NCBI GenBank assembly: GCA_048939995.1
Contig: JBHLOY010000001.1
Span: forward strand, 64,001 to 128,000
Length of the DNA stretch: 64,000 nucleotides
DNA from: Promethearchaeota archaeon
GTDB taxonomy: Archaea; Asgardarchaeota; Lokiarchaeia; Sigyniarchaeales; SOKP01
Reading direction: 5' to 3'
The position numbers were made by a program, and so were the translations under genes. Shown piece after piece: positions 1-11,033 of this stretch. Position 1 is the first letter of the stretch; every line of letters begins with the position of its first letter. Below the pieces are notes generated by a model. That model saw only the letters and a program-made list of their open reading frames with translations. It did no database searches and was not told the origin of the DNA.

Positions 1-283
1 TAAACTCTACAAACATAATTATTAATTTTTCGTAAGATATTGGTTCCGTTTTATCAATTCTATTCCAATTTAGTATTCAATATAACTTTTTATAGGAGAA
101 GGAACAATTCTCCAATCAGTATACACAAAAACTTAAAGATTTTATCATCTTCAGCTTAGAATTTGAAGAGAAAATCTAAGGTAAACTTAATATATAGGTA
201 TGACATAAATAATATTTGAATCTAAGTAGCTTAAAATACTTAAATTCAAATTTAGTAAGAGTGGTGATTAAAAAAAAAGCATA

Positions 284-1018
284 GTGAGTAAACCCATGAA
301 AATAGATAGAGTTAAGTTGGATCTCTCTATCGTTGCGGGGATTCTGTTAACGTTGGTTGTATCTATTCTTCTGGGATTTGTATTGGTTGGGGGCTTTCTA
401 ATAAATACCGATAATATACATGCTCCGCTTAACTTGGGATACCAAACATCTCAAGTAAATATAATAGGCGCTGATAAATACATATCGGGAAATAACACGA
501 TCGTGTCTGTAGCTCAAGATACCAGTTGTTCGATGGATACCGAAAAGGGTTCAATCGTAATTTATGATTATTACTTGCCTGATGTACTTCCATTGTGCAT
601 CACTCAAGAAGTCTTAAGTAATTATTACGTCGTGGTCGCCGTAACCGGTGGTTATGAACCAATTGACGGGTCTATCACACTCTACCAGAAAGGAGAACTG
701 AAAGGTGTTATTGATGTTGATTGGACATATCGTGGTCATGAGCCATGCTATACAGACTACTGGCTTGCTACATTCGTACTCCCTGACGGAGTCGATTCGA
801 TCGAATTAGAAAGCAATCAGTGGCCTGATGGCGCAAAACCATTATTCCCAGAATATTGTACCATACCTGGTAAAAAAGTATGTCTTGATATTGATACTTT
901 ATGGCAAGGTTGTACCCTTGAGGAAAAACAACGGTTTGAGTTAATACAGATACATCAACTAGTATTGAACAAGTCCCCAACTCCCCATGAGGTTTTTAAA
1001 AGTCTCATCGCCAGTTAA
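284..1018 (+). CDS. Hypothetical membrane-anchored or secreted protein
   Basis: GGTGA SD before the GTG start; N-terminal hydrophobic helix (LSIVAGILLTLVVSILLGFVLVGGFLI); several Cys; no family recognised. Confidence 0.7.
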   Translation: MSKPMKIDRVKLDLSIVAGILLTLVVSILLGFVLVGGFLINTDNIHAPLNLGYQTSQVNIIGADKYISGNNTIVSVAQDTSCSMDTEKGSIVIYDYYLPDVLPLCITQEVLSNYYVVVAVTGGYEPIDGSITLYQKGELKGVIDVDWTYRGHEPCYTDYWLATFVLPDGVDSIELESNQWPDGAKPLFPEYCTIPGKKVCLDIDTLWQGCTLEEKQRFELIQIHQLVLNKSPTPHEVFKSLIAS

Positions 1019-1063
1019 CTATGCGACGATTAATCTTTACTCTTTTTTTTTTTTCTTTTATTT
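1008..1063 (+). terminator. Putative terminator (weak hairpin plus long T run)
   Basis: TCGC..AGTTAACT..GCGA around the stop codon, followed by a long oligo-T tract at about 1043-1063. Confidence 0.45.
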
Positions 1064-1102
1064 TAATATAAAGTAAAATATTTATTTTACTAGCAATAAT
1101 AA

Positions 1103-1636
1103 ATGATGATAATATTGGCAGGTCAAAAAAGTAAAAAGGCAGAGGATATGATTGTTCGATATCTTGATGAAGAGGACTTATTAAATAAAAAAGTATCAGA
1201 CTCTAAGGTCGAATTTGGATACATATTCAGGTTTCCTCCAAATCAACAACGACAATCAATGCAAGTAGTTCACCCTATTAACAGTGATTATGTTGTTATT
1301 TCCTTAGGGATACGAATACCAGATGTTTTTGTACAAGCACTTAATGCTATAGAACCTCATAAGAAAGTACAATTTTATATCGATATAAGAAAATTTTTAT
1401 TTACACAAAATTTCTTATTCCGATTTGAATTAGCATTAAATCGCTTTCATATTAGTGATCAACTATATTTTAAAGAAGGAGGGCAAATTTCCAAGAATAA
1501 ATTTTTTAAGACTGTAAGAAAAATCTATAATGCATCTCAGTATTGCATCCTCCTTTTAGAAGAATATTGCATGGATAAGATTGATAAAAAGTATTTGGAA
1601 CCCAGTGATTTGGCGGATCCACAATTTTATTCATGA
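1103..1636 (+). CDS. DUF2299-like conserved archaeal protein
   Basis: Size and pattern (FRFPP..MQVVHP..YVVISLGI..ISKNKFFKTVRKIYNA) resemble archaeal DUF2299 proteins. Confidence 0.55.
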   Translation: MMIILAGQKSKKAEDMIVRYLDEEDLLNKKVSDSKVEFGYIFRFPPNQQRQSMQVVHPINSDYVVISLGIRIPDVFVQALNAIEPHKKVQFYIDIRKFLFTQNFLFRFELALNRFHISDQLYFKEGGQISKNKFFKTVRKIYNASQYCILLLEEYCMDKIDKKYLEPSDLADPQFYS

Positions 1637-1646
1637 ATCTTTTAAA

Positions 1647-4600
1647 TTAAGTAATGAACATTGCTACAGTGATTAATGTTAATAGTACTATAATCAGTAG
1701 CATGACCCTTTTAATTATATTCTTCTGTTTTTTATCACCAGAGCTATAGTATCTACTTTTCTTCATTATAAGAGGAAATGTTATTGCAACACCTCCCAAA
1801 CATCCTAAAAAGATTAGATCTGTAATCTCAAATGGAAGTGGGATTGGTGTAAAGGGTAAAGTTGGGACATATTTTATTACAACCAATTCACTAAAATTAC
1901 GATTGTTCATTCTATCCTCAGCATAGAAACGAATTGTAATATTACCATTTATAGTTGTATTATCCCATATGGATTCCCATAATGTTTGGTCAATTCTACC
2001 ATACCTCCCAACGAAAGAAACATTCACATTTATCCCAATGATATTATACCAGCTGTAAAATAAATTCCCATCTGTGATATCGACCTCAAAGAACGGTGGA
2101 TCTCTCTCTACATTTTGATTCTGAGCAGGAGATAATATCGATATGGACGGAGCAATAATATCTTTTCGAACCGTTACAGGAGTAGTACGTTGGTTACCTA
2201 TGATATCAAATACATATAAATAGATTGTAATAGACCCATTACTAAATTGATTCCATAAGGATTGATCGATTTCAATTACATGATTATCTATATCATTCCA
2301 GTCGATTATTGATGATGTATTTGATTCACTCGTTAGTCGATAAGATATCTCTGAAACACCACTACCATCATCAATATAGACATAGAGAATAGGGCGTTCA
2401 TGACCGTATAACTCATTTGTGTCAGGATAATATATTAAAACTTCGGGAGCGATGATATCTTTTCTAACGGAAAGGTTTGCATAGGCTAAATTCCCAACAA
2501 TGTCTTCAGCACAAAACATAATTATAACTGTACCATTCCCAATAGTGTTCCAATCTGTCGATAAAATTGATCCTGTCCAAATTCTTGAAGGCGTTATTAG
2601 AACATTGAATAATTGATAAGAAATTGAGAAAATTGAATTTTCATCGTAACAGGTAATACTTACTCCTGGAGGAGTTGTTCCAAATAAAGTAAAAGGAATT
2701 GGAGAGTTAATTAGAAGAGTTGGCGATATAGTATCTTTTCTCAATGAAATAGTATTAAATCCGACATTTCCAAGAGTATCGTTAATATAAAAGACTATAC
2801 TTAGTGTTCCATTTCTAAAAGCTTCCCAAGCGATAGGATCTACGGATCCATCCCAGATTATATTTGATGTCGAAAAAGTAGTGTTATATAATTGATACCA
2901 AATTGTATCTATAGAAGCAGAGCTAATATAAAGAGTAATATTGGGTCGGTTTAATCCAAATAAATCATTATCACTAGGATCTAAAATTATAATGATGGGA
3001 TCGAATAAGTTTTTTCTTAAATTTAGTGTTGCTGAGGCTAAATTATTAACCGAATCATAGGCAATAAATCGGATGATTACACTTCCATTTCCTATTTGAT
3101 CCCAATCTTCTTGATAGATAAAACCTAACCATTCTTGATATGGTGTTATTACAGACCCATTATCCAATTGATACCACACACTTTCAAGATGGGCGTCGCT
3201 TACAGTTACATTAATTATTGGTGCGGTGATTCCATATAATTGACCATCTTGTGGATCATGGATAATAATTATGGGTGAAATGCTATCTTTATATATACTA
3301 ATATTAACTGAAATCATATTATCAAGCGTATCGTTAGCGAAGAAAACAATAAACACAGTTCCATTCGGCATTGTATTCCAATCACTTGTATAGATAAAAC
3401 CGCTCCATTCTCGTAGGGGAGTCGTGATAATACCATTAGTTAATTGAGACCATTTAGAATCTACTCCATTAATATCATAAAAAGTAACTATGCAACTAGG
3501 AACAGGCTTTCCCAGTACTCTATGTGGAGTAGGACTGATTATATTAATATCTGGACCAATTACATCCTTGTAGATTGACACATTGCTCATTCCAATATTA
3601 CTAACTGTATCATTAGCATAAAAAACAATGGTGACTGATCCATTGGACATCATGTTCCAATCATCTAGTTGTATCGATCCAGCCCAGATTCTTCCATTTG
3701 TAGTGGTTATACCATCTGTTAATTGGTACCAAGTTTCATTAACGCCATTTATATCAGTAAATATTACTGTACATGGAGGTGGATTTATTCCAAATACACT
3801 ATGGGGAAGTGGTTCCGCAATGTTAATTTCTGGTCCATAAATGTCTTTATAGATAGATATACTTAGTGCTTCTTTATTTCCCAATGTATCATTAGCATAA
3901 AAGAAAATAGTCACTGTTCCATTAGACATGGCTTTCCAGTCATCAATGTGAATAAAGCCTGTCCATTCACGAATAGGAGTAGAAATTATGCCATCTGTTA
4001 ATTCATACCATACATAATCAATAGAGTTTCTATCATATAGTGTTAAATTACACATAGGAGGAATTTGACCAAAAATTTCGTAAGCTTGAGGGTTATTAAT
4101 GACGATAACTGGAGATCGAATGTCTTTATATAAATTAATTGTGTCAAAATTTAAGTTTCCAACACTGTCATTTGCATATAATATGATAATGAGAGATCCA
4201 TTTCCTATCATACTCCAATCATTAATATCAATTGATCCAGTCCATACTTGTGAATTCGTAGTAATTGTTCCATTAGTCAATTGATACCAGGTGGTATTAA
4301 CTCCATTGGTATCATAGAAAGTCACATCACACATAGGTGGAATAGTCCCCGCGAGATCATACGGATGTGGTTCATTGATATTGATACTAGGTGCAATTAT
4401 ATCCTTATAGATTGATACATTAGATGTTCCAATATTACCTAATGTATCATTAGCATAAAAAATAAGAGTCAATGTTCCATTAGACATAGCATTCCAGTCA
4501 TCAGCGTGAAGAAAACCTGTCCATTCACGAATAGTAGTAGTAAAGGTGCCATTAGTTAATTTATACCATACGTAATCAATAGAATTCCTATCATACAGGG

Positions 4601-7600
4601 TTAAATCACAGTTAGGGGCAATGTGCCCAAATATCTCCTGAAAATTTGGTTCATTAATCGTTATGGAAGGAGATATGATATCTTTATAAACTGAAACATT
4701 AGTGGTTGCTATATTCCCTAACGTATCGTTTGCATAAAAGATAATGAACACAGTTCCATTAGCCATATTTATCCAATCATCAATTTGAATAGTACCAGTC
4801 CAATCACGAACATTAGTAGTTGTTGTTCCATCAGTTAATTCATACCATATATAATCAATGAAATTTATGTCATATAGAGTTAAATTACAATTGGGGGGAT
4901 CTTGACCATATAGATCATGAGCTAATGGTTCATTAATAATTATTGTAGGAGAAATAATGTCTTTATACACTGAAACGTTAGTAGATGCTGTATTACCTAA
5001 AGTATCGTTGGCATAGAAAATGATAATAATCGAACCATTGCCTAATATAGACCAATTATCGAAATCAATTATTCCAATCCATTCCCGTAAAGCGGTACTG
5101 ACTGTTCCATCAGTTAATTGATACCATTTGGCATCTACTCCGCTTATATCGTAAAATGATACATTACATTCGGGCTGCAAAGTTCCGAATACTTCATAAG
5201 AATTAGGATTAATAATAGTAATGATAGGAGCGATGATATCCTTATACAATGATAAATCAGCGGTTGCTATATTACCTAAGGTATCATTCGCATAGAAAAT
5301 GATGGTAACAGAACCATTGCCTAATATAGTCCAATCATTGAAATCAATCATTCCAATCCATTCCCGTAAAGTTGTGCTAACTGTTCCATCAGTTAACTGA
5401 TACCATTTGGTATCTACTCCATTTATATCATAAAATGATACATTACATTCAGGCTGCAGAGTACCGAATACCTCATAAGGATTAGGCTCATTAATGTTAA
5501 TAATAGGAGCGATCACATCTTTGTACACAGAAACATTAGTTGTAGCTATATTACCCAAAGTATCATTTGCGTAAAATATAATAGTAACAGAGCCATTACT
5601 CATAGCAGCCCAATCATTGAGATCAATTGTACCACTCCATTCGCGAAAGCTAGATGTAGTGATTCCGTCAGTTAACTTATACCATACAGTATCAATAGAA
5701 TTAATATCATATAAGGTTATATTGCAATCTGGTGGATTTTGACCAAATAAGTCATGTAATTTTGGCTCATTAATAGTAATATAAGGAGAAATTATGTCCT
5801 TGTAAATGATAACATTTTCAGAATTAATATTTCCTATACTATCATTTGCAAAAAACATGATGGTGACTGTGCCATTTCCCATTATATTCCAATCACTAAT
5901 GTCAATTGATCCTGTCCAAATCCGTGAATTTGTGGTAAAGGTTCCATTAGTTAATTGGTACCAAGTTTCATTAACTCCATTAATATCATAAAAAGACACA
6001 TCACATATAGGAGGGGTAACACTAAATAGATTGTATGGTTTTGGTTCATTAATCAGAATATTGGGTGCAATAATGTCCTTGTAGATTGATATATTAATCA
6101 TCCCTATGTTGCTTATAGTGTCATTTGCATAAAAGAAAATAGTCACTGTTCCATTAGACATTGTGTCCCAGTCATCTGAATGTATAGTACCTGTCCATTC
6201 TCTCTTAGGAGTTATAGTGATTCCATCAGTCAAGTAATACCAAGTTGTATTCACTCCATTTATGTCGTAAAATGACACATTACATTCGGGAGGGGAAATT
6301 CCAAAGATTTCATACTCAGCTGGTCTATTAATTTGAATAGTAGGTGGAATAATATCTTTATATATAGTAACGTTATTCTTTCCTAAATTGCCCATAGTAT
6401 CATTAGCAAAGAAATTGATGATTATAGTTCCATTAGATTGCAGTTCCCATTCACTTTCAGAGATTATTCCATCATTTTGGCCAGAGATTCCATTAAAGTA
6501 AATTGGAGTCCCATTATTTACTGTATACCAAGTTGAATTGAGATTAGACTCAAGGATAATAATAGTAAAATTACAAGTATCATTTCCAAAAATAGAGAGA
6601 AGTCCTGGAAATATAATATCAATGGAAGGAGTTTCAATATCCTTATAAACAATAATTGCTCTGGAATCCTCATATCCTCTACTATCATTTACATAAAAAA
6701 AGATAGTATGTGATCCATTTACTAATAAGCTCCAGACTAAAGCATTAATAGATCCATTTGTATTGAAATGATTTTTGGTTGGATCACTATCAATCATATA
6801 CCACCAACTATGACTCACTCCTTCTTCTAGAGAAACACTGAAATTAAGAGACGAAGATCCATATAACGAATAAGGGATGGGGGATATTATAGTAATTAGG
6901 GGGGCATCCCACCAAACTGGAGAATAATCTTGACTTCCTGCCAAACCAGAAATGATGTATGGAGTATCACCAATTCCATTATCATCAGTATCTTTTCCTA
7001 CATAATCATCCCAAGAATTGCCTTGATCTCCGATATTCCAAGCATTATTCATGCCTGAATCATTAGCATGTATTGTATTATTAATAAAAGTATTACTATA
7101 AATGTTGTTATTGTTAGAATTAGCAACATTAACTCCTTGCAATAAGTTGTCAAAAATATTATTCTCATAAATTATATTTTCACTACTACTCTGGTTTAAA
7201 TAGATTCCATAATTATTTGAAAAAATGTCATTTCCTTCAATCGATGAGTTATGGCTATCAATTAACATGATCCCTACTGAATTGTGATAACATGATATAT
7301 CCATTATCCTGCCATTCTCACTATTTTCCAATCTTATTCCTGCGCTGAAAGAGTCTGTAGAATTGTTGGATAAAATACAATCTCTAATTATAAAGTGAAC
7401 ACTTTGCGAATTATTAATGAAAATAGCTGCAATTGTAGCATTTGTGAAAATATCCACATCTTCTATAATAAAGGGATCATTCCAAGAGCCAGAACCGCTA
7501 CACCAATCATAATTAGCAGCAGTCTCTGTCCAATTATTATCTATATGAATGAATATTTTATTTATATCAGAAAGATTTGGGATAAAATTATCGTGAATTT

Positions 7601-7721
7601 TATTTTTAATTACTCCTTTGGGGATTATATATGGTAGAATTGGAGTGAAATTAAAAATTAAGAATAGAACGACAAGTAAAACGGTTTTAACCGACTTTTT
7701 TCGATATTTTTCCATTTTCAT
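1647..7721 (-). CDS. Giant cell-surface glycoprotein: N-terminal NosD/pectin-lyase-like beta-helix, 18 tandem Ig-like repeats, C-terminal membrane anchor
   Basis: N-terminal TM/signal; WCSGSGSWNDPFIIE and GIxL..S..N.I..N beta-helix repeats ending GNSWDDY..DDNGIGDTPY; repeats start (Y/R)KD..(A/S)P.I.I..P and end FYANDTLGN; two C-terminal hydrophobic helices. Confidence 0.85.
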   Translation of the reverse strand: MKMEKYRKKSVKTVLLVVLFLIFNFTPILPYIIPKGVIKNKIHDNFIPNLSDINKIFIHIDNNWTETAANYDWCSGSGSWNDPFIIEDVDIFTNATIAAIFINNSQSVHFIIRDCILSNNSTDSFSAGIRLENSENGRIMDISCYHNSVGIMLIDSHNSSIEGNDIFSNNYGIYLNQSSSENIIYENNIFDNLLQGVNVANSNNNNIYSNTFINNTIHANDSGMNNAWNIGDQGNSWDDYVGKDTDDNGIGDTPYIISGLAGSQDYSPVWWDAPLITIISPIPYSLYGSSSLNFSVSLEEGVSHSWWYMIDSDPTKNHFNTNGSINALVWSLLVNGSHTIFFYVNDSRGYEDSRAIIVYKDIETPSIDIIFPGLLSIFGNDTCNFTIIILESNLNSTWYTVNNGTPIYFNGISGQNDGIISESEWELQSNGTIIINFFANDTMGNLGKNNVTIYKDIIPPTIQINRPAEYEIFGISPPECNVSFYDINGVNTTWYYLTDGITITPKREWTGTIHSDDWDTMSNGTVTIFFYANDTISNIGMINISIYKDIIAPNILINEPKPYNLFSVTPPICDVSFYDINGVNETWYQLTNGTFTTNSRIWTGSIDISDWNIMGNGTVTIMFFANDSIGNINSENVIIYKDIISPYITINEPKLHDLFGQNPPDCNITLYDINSIDTVWYKLTDGITTSSFREWSGTIDLNDWAAMSNGSVTIIFYANDTLGNIATTNVSVYKDVIAPIININEPNPYEVFGTLQPECNVSFYDINGVDTKWYQLTDGTVSTTLREWIGMIDFNDWTILGNGSVTIIFYANDTLGNIATADLSLYKDIIAPIITIINPNSYEVFGTLQPECNVSFYDISGVDAKWYQLTDGTVSTALREWIGIIDFDNWSILGNGSIIIIFYANDTLGNTASTNVSVYKDIISPTIIINEPLAHDLYGQDPPNCNLTLYDINFIDYIWYELTDGTTTTNVRDWTGTIQIDDWINMANGTVFIIFYANDTLGNIATTNVSVYKDIISPSITINEPNFQEIFGHIAPNCDLTLYDRNSIDYVWYKLTNGTFTTTIREWTGFLHADDWNAMSNGTLTLIFYANDTLGNIGTSNVSIYKDIIAPSININEPHPYDLAGTIPPMCDVTFYDTNGVNTTWYQLTNGTITTNSQVWTGSIDINDWSMIGNGSLIIILYANDSVGNLNFDTINLYKDIRSPVIVINNPQAYEIFGQIPPMCNLTLYDRNSIDYVWYELTDGIISTPIREWTGFIHIDDWKAMSNGTVTIFFYANDTLGNKEALSISIYKDIYGPEINIAEPLPHSVFGINPPPCTVIFTDINGVNETWYQLTDGITTTNGRIWAGSIQLDDWNMMSNGSVTIVFYANDTVSNIGMSNVSIYKDVIGPDINIISPTPHRVLGKPVPSCIVTFYDINGVDSKWSQLTNGIITTPLREWSGFIYTSDWNTMPNGTVFIVFFANDTLDNMISVNISIYKDSISPIIIIHDPQDGQLYGITAPIINVTVSDAHLESVWYQLDNGSVITPYQEWLGFIYQEDWDQIGNGSVIIRFIAYDSVNNLASATLNLRKNLFDPIIIILDPSDNDLFGLNRPNITLYISSASIDTIWYQLYNTTFSTSNIIWDGSVDPIAWEAFRNGTLSIVFYINDTLGNVGFNTISLRKDTISPTLLINSPIPFTLFGTTPPGVSITCYDENSIFSISYQLFNVLITPSRIWTGSILSTDWNTIGNGTVIIMFCAEDIVGNLAYANLSVRKDIIAPEVLIYYPDTNELYGHERPILYVYIDDGSGVSEISYRLTSESNTSSIIDWNDIDNHVIEIDQSLWNQFSNGSITIYLYVFDIIGNQRTTPVTVRKDIIAPSISILSPAQNQNVERDPPFFEVDITDGNLFYSWYNIIGINVNVSFVGRYGRIDQTLWESIWDNTTINGNITIRFYAEDRMNNRNFSELVVIKYVPTLPFTPIPLPFEITDLIFLGCLGGVAITFPLIMKKSRYYSSGDKKQKNIIKRVMLLIIVLLTLITVAMFIT
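1880..6905 (-). repeat. Intragenic tandem repeat, 279-bp (93-aa) unit, about 18 units
   Basis: ATAGGAGCGAT at 5224 and 5503 (279 apart); identical 35-mer at 3895-3929 and 6127-6161 (2232 = 8 x 279). Boundaries approximate. Confidence 0.9.
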
Positions 7722-7867
7722 TTATATCCTTAACCTTGATCGTGAATTAAATATAAATTAAATAATAAAACATACCATTCTAACTTCTTAACCACTTAAA
7801 AATAAAAAAAATTTGGATATTGAACTAAATGAATGCACAATATAAAAAGATTTAAGTGCGGGAATTC

Positions 7868-7889
7868 CCTTTTTTCACGGGAAAAAAGG
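7868..7889. promoter_or_regulatory. Perfect 9-bp inverted repeat in a divergent intergenic region
   Basis: CCTTTTTTC-ACGG-GAAAAAAGG. Confidence 0.4.
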
Positions 7890-7971
7890 AAAGATAGTTT
7901 AAAAAGTGACCTTACCTATATTATTCATACGAATAATTTAATATCTCTTTTACAAACTTCGAGGCTCAACT

Positions 7972-9498
7972 ATGTTTATAGAAGAATTGAGTGGTATAAG
8001 TAAAGAAGGAGCAAAATCTTTAAAGTCGGCGGGAATTACTACTGTGGAACAATTAGCATGTTCAAAAGTTGATGAATTGCGTCTTATTAGTGGGATTAAC
8101 CAATCTCTTGCTTTAGATTATATTGCAAGAGCTAAGATGCTTTTAAATGTGAAAAAGAGGCCAAAAAAGGTTAAACCACTTCCCACACCTGAGCTTAAAC
8201 CTTTCTTTTCTGAAGAACATATGCAACAAATCCGAAACTGTTATCATAAGATAAAAAAACTAGAGGAGAAATTAAAAGATGATACATCAATAATTACTAT
8301 GGAAAATATCAATGATGTATATAAATATATCACTTTACTAAATGTGAATTATAAACTCTATAGCCAAATAAAAATCTTTAAGGATTTAGACATCTATCCA
8401 ACATTTTATGATACTATTGAAGAAAGAGATATAAAGATTTGGGACTTAAATTTCGAATGTGCTCGTGCTCTTTGGATTCTAGCTCAAGCCTATTCATTTA
8501 TGTCTAAAAACTATGAGGAGGAAAATATGATTCAAAATGCCGTATTATGCATGGTACAGTGCAGTAAGGCTTATAAGACAGCATCTTATTTTAGTACAGC
8601 TCATACTCGTCAAGAAGATATCGGTGTTTGCCTGTCTGCTGAATACCTTGAATTAAAATCGGAGGAATCACGATTCTTAGCTCAACATCTAGCTATTAGG
8701 ATTGAAGAGGAAGATAATAGAGATTATGGTCTTACTTCCAAGATGTATTCAGGATTGGTTGCTTTACTAAAACGTTTTTATTACTTAAAGCAACACGAAC
8801 CGAAGAAAATACAACAACTACAAGGTTTAATAAATTATTATTATGGAAAAGCTTGCTTAATGAGAGCACGTTCATTATCAAATTCTTCATTTAATCGAAA
8901 GTATTCCGAAGAGACTCAATTATTTCTTCAAAAAGCAAATTATTATTTTCTTAAAGCAGAAGGTATATGGGAGGATTTAGTTACTCAGTCAGAAGAGATA
9001 TCCGATGAACGTAGAAGGCAATTAATTGGTTATTTATCCTTAGTTAATAAAGAAATTATTGAGAATGACGTTCCTGCCATTAATGCCGCCGATGCTAAGA
9101 TGATAGAGAATCCCGAACCGATAATCATTATTCCAGAAAACGTACCTTTCATCGCTCCAAAGTCTACAATGTACCTAACAAAGTTTCCCTCAACCAAGCT
9201 TGAACAAAATGAATTACAAGAATTATTAAAATTCAATACAGATACAAAATTTAGAATAAATGAATTTGAATCACTTCGTAATGAAAAAGCTGCGATAGGA
9301 CGAGTAATCAAACAATTACAGTTTTTATATGATAATAGGGACATTGATATTAGCACTTTTTCTGAACTATTTGAAAAATATTCAAAAAAGGAAAAAATTG
9401 TTGAAGAAGCTTTACAAAAAGTCAAAAAAAGTCAAAAAAAGTCGAAAAATTCTCCTTTAAGTCAAAAATTTAAGACAACAAGTCCGGTTACTCGATAA
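7972..9498 (+). CDS. Helix-hairpin-helix domain protein with a helical (TPR-like) body
   Basis: IEELSGISKEGAKSLKSAGITTVEQLA..LISGI is an HhH pair of RadA-N/DUF4332 type; the rest is amphipathic helical. Confidence 0.6.
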   Translation: MFIEELSGISKEGAKSLKSAGITTVEQLACSKVDELRLISGINQSLALDYIARAKMLLNVKKRPKKVKPLPTPELKPFFSEEHMQQIRNCYHKIKKLEEKLKDDTSIITMENINDVYKYITLLNVNYKLYSQIKIFKDLDIYPTFYDTIEERDIKIWDLNFECARALWILAQAYSFMSKNYEEENMIQNAVLCMVQCSKAYKTASYFSTAHTRQEDIGVCLSAEYLELKSEESRFLAQHLAIRIEEEDNRDYGLTSKMYSGLVALLKRFYYLKQHEPKKIQQLQGLINYYYGKACLMRARSLSNSSFNRKYSEETQLFLQKANYYFLKAEGIWEDLVTQSEEISDERRRQLIGYLSLVNKEIIENDVPAINAADAKMIENPEPIIIIPENVPFIAPKSTMYLTKFPSTKLEQNELQELLKFNTDTKFRINEFESLRNEKAAIGRVIKQLQFLYDNRDIDISTFSELFEKYSKKEKIVEEALQKVKKSQKKSKNSPLSQKFKTTSPVTR

Positions 9499-9578
9499 GA
9501 GTTAAAATTTTATGTTACTTTTATAAATGGTTTTTTATTACTATAATATACCATTAGAATGAGAACGGCGTAGTAATT

Positions 9579-10127
9579 GTGGACTGGGCTAATAAAGTAA
9601 TATCTATTATGAAGCAATATTGGTTTTATCTTATACTAATCCCAATCATTATATTATTTTTTTATAATAATATAATTTCAATTGTTTTAATTATTATCTT
9701 CTTATTTTTACTTATCATTTATTATTTCTTTTTTCTTAGTTTTAAAAAGAAAATGCTCCCTTTCATGAAAGAATATAAAGTAATTGAAGATCGAGCAATT
9801 GCCCAGGAACTAAATTGCACTTTACAACAAGTTAAGAATACAATGAAGAATCTCATCAATAAACAAGATAAGGAGCAATGGGTTATAATCTCAAATAATG
9901 ATCATTATATTTTTTTTAATGAGGAAATAGTTACTGATTTTATAATATTATATAAACAGGGCAAGAATGAAAAAGAAATATTTGAAGCTTTAAATCAAAA
10001 GGAAGAAATTTTTAAATCTAGGAGAGAAATTAAGATTTTGGCAGAGGAGTTAATGCGGCAGCATAAAATCTTCCAAAAAAAAAGAAGAGGCTCTGAAGAT
10101 AGGGTAACTACAGAAGTAATGGATTAA
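9579..10127 (+). CDS. Hypothetical membrane protein (2 N-terminal TM, soluble helical C-terminal domain)
   Basis: Hydrophobic residues ~15-55, then a charged domain. Confidence 0.7.
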   Translation: MDWANKVISIMKQYWFYLILIPIIILFFYNNIISIVLIIIFLFLLIIYYFFFLSFKKKMLPFMKEYKVIEDRAIAQELNCTLQQVKNTMKNLINKQDKEQWVIISNNDHYIFFNEEIVTDFIILYKQGKNEKEIFEALNQKEEIFKSRREIKILAEELMRQHKIFQKKRRGSEDRVTTEVMD

Positions 10128-10209
10128 TTAAACTTATAATCAAGAAAGTTTAAAAGTTTAAATAATCTGAGTTGAACTTTAAATACATCTCTCATATTAA
10201 GGGATATTT

Positions 10210-10935
10210 ATGGTGCTAAGCGGATTAGATATTTTACATAGTAGTTTTACTTTAGTCGCGGTTGTTATCTCAATTATAATTGGTTTAATTATTAGTTCGA
10301 AATATGTTAAAGTTAAACAAATCAATGTTCTTTTGATCGGTTTATTCTGGACAGGTTTAACATTTCCTTGGTTACCCACAGTAATTACTTTCATAATGCT
10401 ATGGTTTTCTGAAACTGGACTTACTGTTGAAGGATATATTGTTATTGGAATTATTATACTCCCTTTTACAGTTTTATGTGGATTGGCAGCGTTTACTAAT
10501 CTCTTAGGAGTAAAAAAGAAAGAACGACAATTAATTTTACTTTTGGTCCTAGTCTTCAATCTTGCGTTTGAAATAATTATCTTTTACTTTCTATTTACTA
10601 ATGTTTCTATAATTGCTACTTTAGTTCCTCCTTTTAACATTCAATGGAGTCCTATAAGTCAAGTGTATTTTATTATTAATTTAGCGTTTTTCTTAATGTT
10701 TGGTATCCTTTTTTCTCGCAGATCGATGAAATCAGAAAATCGAGAAATTAAATTCAAAGGAAAATTACTTTTTCTAGCATTCATCTCGTTCACAGTAGGC
10801 ACTGTTTTAGATTTTGCCATCTCAACGACTCCTACCTACATAATTGCTAGGTTAATATTACTGTCTAGTTCTATAGAATTTTATATAGGATTTCTATTAC
10901 CTGAACGAATTAAAAAACTAATTTTCAAAGAATAG
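10210..10935 (+). CDS. Stand-alone ~7-TM membrane protein
   Basis: About 7 hydrophobic segments; ends YIGFLLPERIKK, the same architecture as 23707..24456. Confidence 0.75.
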   Translation: MVLSGLDILHSSFTLVAVVISIIIGLIISSKYVKVKQINVLLIGLFWTGLTFPWLPTVITFIMLWFSETGLTVEGYIVIGIIILPFTVLCGLAAFTNLLGVKKKERQLILLLVLVFNLAFEIIIFYFLFTNVSIIATLVPPFNIQWSPISQVYFIINLAFFLMFGILFSRRSMKSENREIKFKGKLLFLAFISFTVGTVLDFAISTTPTYIIARLILLSSSIEFYIGFLLPERIKKLIFKE

Positions 10936-11033
10936 CAATATTTTTTTCTTTCTTTTAATATTGAAGATTCTCTCTAAATTTGAGTTGCATAAAAATGTAA
11001 ACTGATAAAGAGATTTAAATAAGGATTAAAAAA

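Noticed and set aside
1880-6905. Repeat array as CRISPR or DGR template/variable repeats
   Set aside because: The units are in-frame 279-bp coding repeats with no spacers; there is no cas or reverse transcriptase gene, and differences are not adenine-specific
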